The notes below the pieces were generated by a model. The model was given only the letters and a program-made list of their open reading frames with translations. It was not told the origin of the DNA and made no database searches. A stretch of 64,000 nucleotides of DNA from Bdellovibrionales bacterium (lineage in GTDB: Bacteria > Bdellovibrionota > Bdellovibrionia > Bdellovibrionales > JAGQZY01). Numbering within the stretch: the first letter of the stretch is position 1; every line of letters starts with the position of its first letter. Shown in pieces: positions 56,166 through 64,000 of this stretch. The translations under genes were made by a program, and so were the position numbers. The stretch spans positions 52,662 through 116,661 of the forward strand of contig CAXREJ010000051.1 in the NCBI GenBank assembly GCA_964229765.1, given 5' to 3'.

Positions 56166-59100
56166 ATGAACTTCAGAGGGAACTTTCTTAGGGGACTTAT
56201 CGTCATATTATTGTTGCAATGGGGTTTTGTCGTTTTTGCCGACTCGGACTCTGAAGCCGATACCATTTTACAAGAATTAGTATCAGATAGTGATTTTGTT
56301 GTATCCTATATTGAAGCAATGCTTGAGTTGAGAACTGGTGTGGAGCACGAAGCTATTTCCAATGCCATTGAAATCACCAACAGAATTCCTTCAAGACAAG
56401 TTTACGAAATTTTGAAAGATCGGTTTGAAAGACTACCGGATATTGCTGATATTCTAGAGATCCCTGAGTTAAAAGAATCCATAGTCGCACTGCTAGAAGG
56501 GTTTAAGACCGTTTGTTCTCAGAGAGATCGACAGTTGTTGGAAGACTTTTCTCACTGGGCTATTTTAACATTTCAAGATCCAGCCATAGAAGTACAGTTA
56601 GATCAAGTGCGGACTGTTATCAGCGAAAGAGGGGAGCAGCCCATTGAACTCGTTGATTTAAATCGTGGCCCTTTTCAACAGGCTTTATCTGCAGCCGGTG
56701 CTCTACGTGATGAGTTAGGATCTATAGGGCTTAATCCTGCAGAACAAAACTCATCAGTTCATCAAGCAGCCTTGAGTCAGGTGGAGAGATTTAGAGAGAT
56801 ATTAGAAAGTAAAGTTGTAGGACAGCAGGATATAGTGAGTGCTTTCACAACTCTCTATTTAAAAGATCTACTTTTTGACGGCCATCGAAGACAACCTGAG
56901 CTATTTTACTTTATGGGTCTTCCTGGAAACGGTAAGGACACTCTGGCTGAAGAGTATGTCGATGCTCTTTATCAAACACGAGGGGCTCATCAGGACCATA
57001 TGTTTGCGATGAATATACGCTCTAAAGAAGAGGCCTGGAGTTATTTTGGTTCAGGCAAAGGTTATGTGGGCTCTAGTGAGTTACCAGCCTTTCTGAAATT
57101 TTTAGTGCAACACTCAGGAGGAAAATACATTTTAGCGGAAGAACAGGATGGACTCACCAAAAGGAAAATTATCGAACGTAATCCCGATTGGCGTGAAAAT
57201 GATGGACTGATTATCAATGGTCCTCATAAAGCAGTGGTCTTTGTTAATGAGGCCCATAATATACCTAAAGAAGTTAAAGACAATGTTTTAAAGCAAGCGA
57301 TTGAAAGAGGTATTTTTCCCATCACCAATCCAGGGTCCTCCCAGAATTCTGTGGAGAAAATAGAACTACCTGTCACTTTTATCTTCGCAAGTAATGAAGG
57401 TATTGACTTATTAGAACCAAGAAATCGTAATGGTACAAGAACGGGGCCCCCTCTTTCATTTGAAGATCTTATTGCAAATTATCATTTAGTGGCTGAGGAC
57501 AAAGAAATATTAAAGCAAGCCATACTAAGAACCAATGGGGGTGTTAACGATGTTTCTCGTCCGAATGCACCAGGAACTTCAGAAGAGTTTTTAAATCGAT
57601 TTCCTGATCATCGTATACATATACTAAGACCCTTTTCTCCAGAAGAGCGCTTTGAAGTAGCAAAACGTATTTTAGAAGCTCGTTTAGAAGAGTTGAGCCG
57701 AGCGAGAGGAAGTTTGGGGAATTACGAAGTACAGGTTTCTGATGAAGTGATTCGTTTTATTGCCGACTATAACGTTGTTCCTTCAGAAAATGCTCGTCCC
57801 ATAAAAGCTAGGGTTGAATCCTTTGTACTCAACAATATTCTTGAGGCCTTAAAATCTCAAAGAATAAGACCTTTAGGTGAGACACAAAGAATCGTTATTG
57901 GCTTGAGAGAGTATGAAACAGGAGTGAGAAGTCTGGTTTTCCAGGCCAGTGACCTACAAGGGGAAAACTCTTATCAATTTACTCGTCTTGTACGTGAAAC
58001 TTTAAGAGAAATTCCCAGGGCTCCTCTGTCCCAAGAAAGAATTGATGAAATTTTAGCAATGCGCGAGAAAATAACCTCCAATGTTTTTGGAGTGGAGCCC
58101 ATTGTTGATCGCCTCTTAGAAGCGGCATTAGTTTCTGAATCAGAAGCTCGTAATTCTAAAGAGTCGAGTCGTCCAGCAACGGTTATGGCTTTTCTTGGTA
58201 AATCATCCACGGGTAAAACGGAGACGGCTAAACAGTATGTTAAAGCTCGTTATGGTGAGGACTTCAAGCCAACAGTGATTGATTTTAATGGTGTGCGTAC
58301 TATCGAGGCTATGGAAGCTAAAATTATGGGGTCTTATGATGGGAATAAAAACCCCATTCCCTCTGATTTTATGAAAGCCTATGATCGCGCCAATGGCAAT
58401 ATCACATTTATCTTTGATGAAGCGGCGAATTCCCCTAAAGAACTTTTAAAAGCTCTTTACGAAGTGACTCGTGAAGCCAACGTCACAGGTTTCAGTGATG
58501 GTAAGTCTCGTCCTATGAATAATGTCACAATTATCTTAACGGGTAATGCTGGAGAACAAATTTATAATAATATTCCAGAGGGGCTTCCAAGGCTCGTTCG
58601 TGAAAGAGCCATGAATGAAGTTTTTCAAGTCTTTCTACAAAATGAAGATATCAGACATCGAATTTTAACGGAGTCTTTTCCTGAGGCTCTTTTGGCTCGT
58701 CTTGGACAAAATATTTTTCACTTTGGACCCTTGCAAGATGATGGCAAAAGACAAATTGCTCAGTTGAAATTAGAAAAAGGCTTGGAAAAATTACGTCCAA
58801 CAGCCAGTGAAAGAGGCTGGCAAGTCAGCTTTGAGTCGGAGTCGGACTTATTGGGTTTATTTGAAATGATTGAACATCAGGGCTTTAAACTGGATGAGCA
58901 AGGAGCTTCTATTGACAAATTTGTACGTGAAGCACTTATGGATAGAATTAAGTCTCGTTTGTTAAAAGAAGGAGTTCCCTCTGGAGATGTAGTTTCCATT
59001 GAGCTTAAAGAAGATAGTAAAACTATTAACGACAGAGGCACTCGATATTTATTTAGAGAAATGGTTCTTCATCACAATGATCGAGAATTTTCCATTGAAA

Positions 59101-60230
59101 TACCATTAGGTGTCGATCAACCAAGGATTGGTAAAACGGATCACGATCGAATTCTTACGGCTTATCACGAAGCCGGTCATGAACTTGTTTCCAGTGTGTA
59201 CTTTGGTGATAAAGAAAAACCAGTTTATTTATCTATTATTGAAGGAGTGGCTCTTATAGGTTCAACTCTTGTGCCTTATAATGGTGTTCGTAAGGGTGAA
59301 GTGGAAATCGAGTCTCGAAACAATAAAGAAGTTGTTTTGAGAGAGGCCGCTATACTGGCTGCTGGATATGTCGCTCAACAATTAATTACTTTGGGAGCCA
59401 GAGATGATGGCGGGAAAAGTAATGACATGCTGAGGGCTACAGGGTTAATTCGCAATGCCATTCTAAGGCAAGGGTTAAGTCAACGTTGGGGAGTAAGGGC
59501 GATACCTGAAGGTCTTTCCAATGAGGACTATATTGCTAAAGAACTCTCTACCAGTGAAAAAGAAGAGTTGAATCGTTTAACTTCTGAGTGGTTGCAGGTT
59601 GCAGAGGATTTAGCTCGTGAAGCTATCTGGGTTAATATGGATAAACTTTTTGTTCATATGTCTAAGGCGATTGCTCAAGAAGGACAAATTTATGGTGATC
59701 AGATTCTTGAGCTTTATGAACAGTATGGTGTGTTGACTGAAAGAGATGAGCAACGTTACCAAGAAGTTGTCGAACAAATCTATGAAGTCACAAACTTTAT
59801 TGATGAAAGTATTGAAAAAGTGGGAGATCGTTTTTATCAACGCTATACTGAAGATAATTTTTCTTGGGATAAAGCAGAAGAAGCCTTTGCGTTCTTGAGT
59901 CGAAGAAATAGTGGACTTGTTAATATGTTTAATCCACTTTACCGCAGTTCTTGGGAGTCAATGTCTGATACACTTAAGATGGTTGTGGCTTCTCGCTTAA
60001 GTTCTCATATTCAATATCGTCGTCGAGATGCTCAAATAGCATCAGACACTCTTCTGCCAGAGAGGGTGGCTAATATTGAAGATATAATCGCTATGGAAAG
60101 AGATGCGAGAACCTCAAGAGTGACTGAACTTGAAAGGTTTAATATTATAAGATCCAGTGACACCACAAGAGGGGCTGCTGAAAGCTCCTCGATGGCACCT
60201 GAAGTTTTAACTTGTTCACGAATTTTTTAA
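56166..60230 (+). CDS. Giant fusion protein: signal-peptide-like N-terminus, two ClpA/B-D2-like AAA+ modules, and a C-terminal FtsH-type (M41) zinc metallopeptidase
   Basis: 1354 aa with GAGGAG 8 nt before the ATG. Module 1 (aa ~205-560): VVGQQDIV, GLPGNGKD, GSGKGYVGSSE, VVFVNEAH. Module 2 (aa ~630-935): GKSSTGKT, TFIFDEA. Peptidase (aa ~990-1200): AYHEAGHELV (59166-59180), AAGYVAQQL, GGKSNDMLRAT. Confidence 0.7.
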   Translation: MNFRGNFLRGLIVILLLQWGFVVFADSDSEADTILQELVSDSDFVVSYIEAMLELRTGVEHEAISNAIEITNRIPSRQVYEILKDRFERLPDIADILEIPELKESIVALLEGFKTVCSQRDRQLLEDFSHWAILTFQDPAIEVQLDQVRTVISERGEQPIELVDLNRGPFQQALSAAGALRDELGSIGLNPAEQNSSVHQAALSQVERFREILESKVVGQQDIVSAFTTLYLKDLLFDGHRRQPELFYFMGLPGNGKDTLAEEYVDALYQTRGAHQDHMFAMNIRSKEEAWSYFGSGKGYVGSSELPAFLKFLVQHSGGKYILAEEQDGLTKRKIIERNPDWRENDGLIINGPHKAVVFVNEAHNIPKEVKDNVLKQAIERGIFPITNPGSSQNSVEKIELPVTFIFASNEGIDLLEPRNRNGTRTGPPLSFEDLIANYHLVAEDKEILKQAILRTNGGVNDVSRPNAPGTSEEFLNRFPDHRIHILRPFSPEERFEVAKRILEARLEELSRARGSLGNYEVQVSDEVIRFIADYNVVPSENARPIKARVESFVLNNILEALKSQRIRPLGETQRIVIGLREYETGVRSLVFQASDLQGENSYQFTRLVRETLREIPRAPLSQERIDEILAMREKITSNVFGVEPIVDRLLEAALVSESEARNSKESSRPATVMAFLGKSSTGKTETAKQYVKARYGEDFKPTVIDFNGVRTIEAMEAKIMGSYDGNKNPIPSDFMKAYDRANGNITFIFDEAANSPKELLKALYEVTREANVTGFSDGKSRPMNNVTIILTGNAGEQIYNNIPEGLPRLVRERAMNEVFQVFLQNEDIRHRILTESFPEALLARLGQNIFHFGPLQDDGKRQIAQLKLEKGLEKLRPTASERGWQVSFESESDLLGLFEMIEHQGFKLDEQGASIDKFVREALMDRIKSRLLKEGVPSGDVVSIELKEDSKTINDRGTRYLFREMVLHHNDREFSIEIPLGVDQPRIGKTDHDRILTAYHEAGHELVSSVYFGDKEKPVYLSIIEGVALIGSTLVPYNGVRKGEVEIESRNNKEVVLREAAILAAGYVAQQLITLGARDDGGKSNDMLRATGLIRNAILRQGLSQRWGVRAIPEGLSNEDYIAKELSTSEKEELNRLTSEWLQVAEDLAREAIWVNMDKLFVHMSKAIAQEGQIYGDQILELYEQYGVLTERDEQRYQEVVEQIYEVTNFIDESIEKVGDRFYQRYTEDNFSWDKAEEAFAFLSRRNSGLVNMFNPLYRSSWESMSDTLKMVVASRLSSHIQYRRRDAQIASDTLLPERVANIEDIIAMERDARTSRVTELERFNIIRSSDTTRGAAESSSMAPEVLTCSRIF

Positions 60231-60251
60231 TCTATGAGGATTAATTTTAAA

Positions 60252-60285
60252 AACAAAAAAAGCCCTCTCGCAAACAGGGCTTTAG
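60252..60285. terminator. Bidirectional terminator between convergent genes
   Basis: A7-agccct-ctcgcaaac-agggct-TTT. The minus-strand reading gives the stronger U-tract. Confidence 0.7.
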
Positions 60286-60313
60286 ATCTTAGTCTTTAGT
60301 TTATTAATTGAAT

Positions 60314-61126
60314 CTACATAATAATATTGCAAGTTAGGCGAGTTAAGACTTCAGTTAAGGCATTCTCAAGTCCTTGGGAGTCTTCAGCTATTGATAAAAA
60401 ACCATCAGGAGTTATAACTTCTTGTTCGTAGAAGTCACTCACTTCAGGGTAGTCCATGGCTGTTTGATTAACACCGCCTTGATTAAGAGGTGAGAAGATT
60501 CCACTTGAACGAGGTTGTTCCACATCGAAAAAATTATTGAGATTAATGGGTACCCCATAAACTTGCACCCCCGTATCGTAGTTGTTTTGTCTTAAGGATC
60601 TTAAGTTTTCCAAATTAGGGTAGAGTCTTGAATCGTATCCGTCACCAGAAATAAGAATGGATTGTTGTCCCATTGCGGTGCTATTTTCATGGATGTATTC
60701 ACTGGAAAAATTGAGTGCACTATAAAGTTCAGTTGTTTCACCAACATTTCCGACACCATAACTATTGTCGCGAGCCATTTGAGTAAAAATATTTGCCAAG
60801 TTTTCAATATCTTCACGAGTTTCCATTACTTTAAATGTAGACTCAATTCGAGGAACACTTCCCCAGAAGATGACAGCAATTTCTGTACATGTGCATTCTA
60901 ATAAGTTGTTTACAACTTCAGGGTTACGTAAAGAATTGGCATAACCTTGTAATTGCACGCTTCTTTCCTGAGTGTTCATTGAACCGGAGAGGTCCATTGA
61001 TAAGACAACAGAACTTTCTGCACGTCCACGGGATCTTTCGCAAACAGTCGCTTGCCCGATGGAATGAGTTAACAAGAGGCCTAAAAATATGAAAGCTTTG
61101 ATTTTAGTAGACAATATTTCCTCCAA
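60314..61126 (-). CDS. Secreted vWA-fold protein, DUF1194-like
   Basis: Signal peptide (LLLTHSIGQA|T). MIDAS-type MDLSGSMN, IAVIFWGS, ILISGDGYD and VYGVPIN follow the remembered DUF1194 order (DVSGS ... WSG ... DVSGDG ... INGLPI). Confidence 0.65.
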   Translation of the reverse strand: MEEILSTKIKAFIFLGLLLTHSIGQATVCERSRGRAESSVVLSMDLSGSMNTQERSVQLQGYANSLRNPEVVNNLLECTCTEIAVIFWGSVPRIESTFKVMETREDIENLANIFTQMARDNSYGVGNVGETTELYSALNFSSEYIHENSTAMGQQSILISGDGYDSRLYPNLENLRSLRQNNYDTGVQVYGVPINLNNFFDVEQPRSSGIFSPLNQGGVNQTAMDYPEVSDFYEQEVITPDGFLSIAEDSQGLENALTEVLTRLTCNIIM

Positions 61127-61227
61127 CTTATTTTTTTATGAAGTTTTTAACTTCTTCATCATGTTGGACATAATACAATACTAGGTATTTTTTTTCGGGG
61201 TTTGTAATAATTATTGAAAAATATTCC

Positions 61228-61437
61228 CAATCACCCCCCAAAAACCGCCCACTTTTTTGACACCCAATGAAGAACCCCGCAGCACGAAGTGCGAGGAGTG
61301 AGGCTCCATTGGGCTATTAATCTCGCAGAGATTAATAGGGCCCAGCCGGCCAGAGGCGGGAGAACCCTACACCGCCTGGAGATAGGACGAAGGCATGAGA
61401 CTCCCAGTCGGCTAAGTAAGGGAAAAGAGGGCGGCTT
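61228..61437. other. GC-rich, hairpin-dense intergenic element; candidate structured RNA of unknown class
   Basis: My hand count gives ~57% G+C over 61261-61440, against AT-rich flanks. Nested pairings: ccgccc(61244)/gggcgg(61429), cccaatg/cattggg, gcac-gaa-gtgc, a perfect 11-bp ctattaatctc-gca-gagattaatag, and ccagaggcgg/ccgcctgg. Confidence 0.4.
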
Positions 61438-61630
61438 TATAAATTCAATGAGCTATTTAAAATACGTAATGAAGTGGTTGTGATAAGTGGAGTAATTTTA
61501 ATATCGGGGTCGTTTGTAAATTTTTTCAAAAATTTAGTAAATCATACATTATCATTTAGATTAATGATAGCTCAGAAGAATTTTAGTATAAGTCTTGTAA
61601 AATTAAACCAGTTTGAAAAAAGGAAAGTCT

Positions 61631-63202
61631 ATGAAAAATCTCCTACTCGCTTGTTCAGTCCTTGCTTCGTTTAATATTTGTTGGGCTGAAACTAATAATG
61701 GTGTTTTTCTTCCAGGAGAAAATCCACCCACTTATGATCAACCTTGGACTCATCAACAGAATTCAATTTCTGCGAGTGATTCCCAAGCGCAAGGCGGTGA
61801 TCGTTCGATTCCTCCGACCAAAGGAGTGATTCATGTGAGGCGAGATGGTGAAGGTTCAGAGGCCTATGGCGACTACTTAAAGTGTTTAGAAGAGCTAAGA
61901 GAGAGAGTTCCAAACCCTCGTCATAGAGATTACTTATGCGATCGTAAGCATCTTCAACCAGAAGAAGACCTCAATTACTATGAGATCAACTATACTGGAA
62001 TAAATGTTATTGAAGCGGATACAGATGAGAGACCTATTTTTGTTCCTGGTAGAAGAGGTATTGGATTCTTGCCAGTCACTAATGCTAATGAAGATGTTCT
62101 TCAAAGACCTGTTATATATCGTTCTTATGATTTGACTCAGTCCAATCAAAATCATCTCGTTGTGCAAATTCCTATTCTTCAATTAAAACAAAATGGATTA
62201 CTCAGCCAGCCGGTGATAGTGGCAGAATATTTAGTTAACGAAAGTTCCGCTGTTGATCAAATTGCAAGTCAACTGGGTGTTAACTCTAGTGATGTTGCAC
62301 AGGTTATAGCGGCAACAGGTTCAGCTCTTGCACTGGTTGAAGGGGGAACTTCTTTATTAATTCCAGAGTTACAAATGTTTACAAATATTGATCCTGAAAA
62401 TGAGCGCCCTATTGATTTCGGTGGTTATGGTATTCCAGGATTTCGTTGGGTTTCTTTGCAAGAGTCAATTGATCCAGAAAGAGAATGGCCTATTCTTGGT
62501 GGTTCTCAAGGTATTGGAGTGATGATTACGATTCCTGGAATTGGTCCCGGCCGTGATCGTGAAATTGATTTGCCGCAAATGGTTTCCGCTTTTCATCCAG
62601 TAGGGACTACGAATGTAGGTTACCCTTATCCCGTCATCAATGTTCCTCCTGCTACAATGGCTTCGTTAAAAGATTGGAGTGAAACATTTCCACCTCCAGG
62701 GCAAACAGATGTACCGCAAGCGCCAGCTGTTGCTATGACTCAAGATTGGGGTGAGACTTATCCTCCTCCTGGACAGACAGATGTTCCTATGTTTCAGTCT
62801 TTAAGAGAAATGGCTCGCAACCTATCAGCTCCTGAGTTAGAAATTCATACGGTTCATTTGACCACAGCGGCTGTCTTAGGTTCATTAACAATTTTGGCTT
62901 ACCGTGTATTAGGGATTGGTGGAAGAGCACGTGCTCTTGCAGCGGTTGTCCCTCCTCAAATTATATTAGATGCCACAGGAAGAGCGGGTTATAGAGTTCC
63001 TGCCCACGAAACTTATTCAGAAGAAGAAGCTTTGGCTATGGCTCGTCAGATCGATGCTATGAGTAACGATGAGTTAGAGGACTTCATGAATACGGTGGAT
63101 CCTGAGTTGATCGAATACATGGAAGTTATTGATTACTATGTTCGTCAGGCCAGAGGTCGTGAGTTTCAACAGTGGTGTCCAGACGTCAATCAATGTAGCT
63201 AA
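61631..63202 (+). CDS. Single-pass membrane protein with a large extracytoplasmic domain (hypothetical)
   Basis: The ATG at 61631 after AAAGGAAAG is preferred to the TTG at 61613. Signal peptide MKNLLLACSVLASFNICWA|E, a TM helix (TAAVLGSLTILAYRVLGIGG) near aa 425, a ~90-aa acidic tail and a tandem DW.ET.PPPGQTDVP repeat. Confidence 0.7.
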   Translation: MKNLLLACSVLASFNICWAETNNGVFLPGENPPTYDQPWTHQQNSISASDSQAQGGDRSIPPTKGVIHVRRDGEGSEAYGDYLKCLEELRERVPNPRHRDYLCDRKHLQPEEDLNYYEINYTGINVIEADTDERPIFVPGRRGIGFLPVTNANEDVLQRPVIYRSYDLTQSNQNHLVVQIPILQLKQNGLLSQPVIVAEYLVNESSAVDQIASQLGVNSSDVAQVIAATGSALALVEGGTSLLIPELQMFTNIDPENERPIDFGGYGIPGFRWVSLQESIDPEREWPILGGSQGIGVMITIPGIGPGRDREIDLPQMVSAFHPVGTTNVGYPYPVINVPPATMASLKDWSETFPPPGQTDVPQAPAVAMTQDWGETYPPPGQTDVPMFQSLREMARNLSAPELEIHTVHLTTAAVLGSLTILAYRVLGIGGRARALAAVVPPQIILDATGRAGYRVPAHETYSEEEALAMARQIDAMSNDELEDFMNTVDPELIEYMEVIDYYVRQARGREFQQWCPDVNQCS

Positions 63203-63231
63203 CTCGAACTTTATATAATTTTAATTTTTCA

Positions 63232-63261
63232 AAAGCCTAGGTTTTACTTAGGCTTTTTTTA
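63232..63261 (+). terminator. Rho-independent terminator
   Basis: aagccta-ggttttact-taggctt followed by T7. Confidence 0.7.
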
Positions 63262-63319
63262 TATATAGACATCTGTTTATGAGGAATGAGAGAAGCTCTT
63301 TATTCTTTTGAATAATTAG

Positions 63320-64000
63320 CTAGGAGTTCCTCTTATTAGTGATAGGAGTGTTCCAAGGGGCTACCCAAAATAAGAGTAACATTCCAGGGATAGCACACAG
63401 GGCGCAAAAGAGAAAAAAATGGGTGTAGCCCATACCTTGTATTTCTCCGAATCTTTCATAAAACCAAACATCTTTTGGTTTAATACCTTCAATAAGAAAA
63501 CCGGTGGTGGCATTGGCAAAGGTTCTAGGAACGGCAATGAGACTTGAAAACAGGGCAAATTGAGTGGCGGTAAAATTCATATTGGTGGCGCGAGCCATAT
63601 AAGCTGTGAGAGCTGACGCTCCGAGGCCCACCCCAAGATATTCAAAAGCGATGACAACAGTGAGGATCCACAAAACGGGTCCCGCTTCGTTGAGGACAGC
63701 AAAGCCAAGAATAGAGAGTAACTGGACAACGCCAAAAATCCATAAAGATTTATTGATACCTATTTTGAATATTGTTGCTCCTCCAATAAATGAACCAATA
63801 AACATGGAGGCAAAGCTGACAGTCTTAACTGTAGAACCGATCACTAAAAAAGAAAATCCAACGTCGATATAAAAGGGAGTGGAAAGGGCCGTAGCCATAT
63901 TGTCGCCTAGTTTATAGAAAAAAAGAAAAGCTAAAAACAGCAGAGCTGATTTTTTACCTTCACGATTGAAAAACTCTTTAAAGGGTTCGACAACGGAGTC
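63320..64000 (-). CDS. ampG: AmpG-family MFS muropeptide permease, C-terminal part (the gene continues beyond the window)
   Basis: The frame stays open upstream of the listed Met to the window edge (...DSVVEPFKEFFNREGKKSALLFLAFLFFYKLGDNMATALSTPFYIDVGFS...). FYKLGD..A......F..D.GFS is the AmpG pattern I remember. Confidence 0.7.
   Translation of the reverse strand, partial: DSVVEPFKEFFNREGKKSALLFLAFLFFYKLGDNMATALSTPFYIDVGFSFLVIGSTVKTVSFASMFIGSFIGGATIFKIGINKSLWIFGVVQLLSILGFAVLNEAGPVLWILTVVIAFEYLGVGLGASALTAYMARATNMNFTATQFALFSSLIAVPRTFANATTGFLIEGIKPKDVWFYERFGEIQGMGYTHFFLFCALCAIPGMLLLFWVAPWNTPITNKRNS

Noticed and set aside
56000-56191. 63-aa ORF just upstream of the giant gene
   Set aside because: It overlaps the RBS and start of the 1354-aa ORF out of frame. 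It has no RBS and no recognisable features.
61289-61483. 64-aa ORF inside the GC-rich element
   Set aside because: The GTG-initiated, Arg/Gly/His-rich product is typical of chance ORFs in GC-rich structured DNA, and no RBS is present. I prefer the RNA or repeat interpretation.

Overview
AT-rich bacterial chromosomal segment with about 50 credible protein genes, one tRNA and no rRNA, CRISPR array or obvious prophage. All calls rest on reading the ORF translations and the DNA by eye. No database search was run, so family names are motif-level recognitions from memory.

The gene content suggests a Bdellovibrio-like predatory lineage (Bdellovibrionota/Bacteriovoracales type), but this is inference only. 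It includes a CarD/CdnL regulator, a type IV pilin, SpoIID, both GlnS and GltX, and an unusually high share of signal-peptide-bearing enzymes.

Housekeeping backbone:
- betB-like aldehyde dehydrogenase, pilA, thiL
- recG-carD-gltX-uvrB-uvrC
- an NfeD-stomatin pair, spoIID, xerD, tRNA-Cys, comM/yifB
- glnS, an ABC-F ATPase, and a partial ampG at the right edge

Most interesting regions, in order:
1. 56.1-63.2 kb. A 1354-aa ORF with a signal-peptide-like N-terminus fuses two ClpB-D2-like AAA+ modules (the first degenerate) to an FtsH/M41-type HEAGH peptidase. Its neighbours are a secreted DUF1194-like vWA protein, a single-pass membrane protein with a conserved tandem peptide repeat, and a roughly 200-nt GC-rich hairpin-dense element I could not assign to any RNA family.
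2. 16.4-19.1 kb. A minus-strand cassette encodes a heme-oxygenase-like di-iron enzyme, a LuxI/FeeM-like GNAT-fold candidate and a PAS-like protein, next to an XRE regulator.
3. 4.4-9.2 kb. Three large secreted proteins sit in one operon. One carries a YkuD L,D-transpeptidase signature and one a PEP/pyruvate-binding (PPDK_N) ATP-grasp domain.
4. A family of 120-180 bp MITE-like palindromic intergenic repeats sharing GGCTGT(C/T)G termini. One roughly 90% identical inverted pair brackets spoIID.
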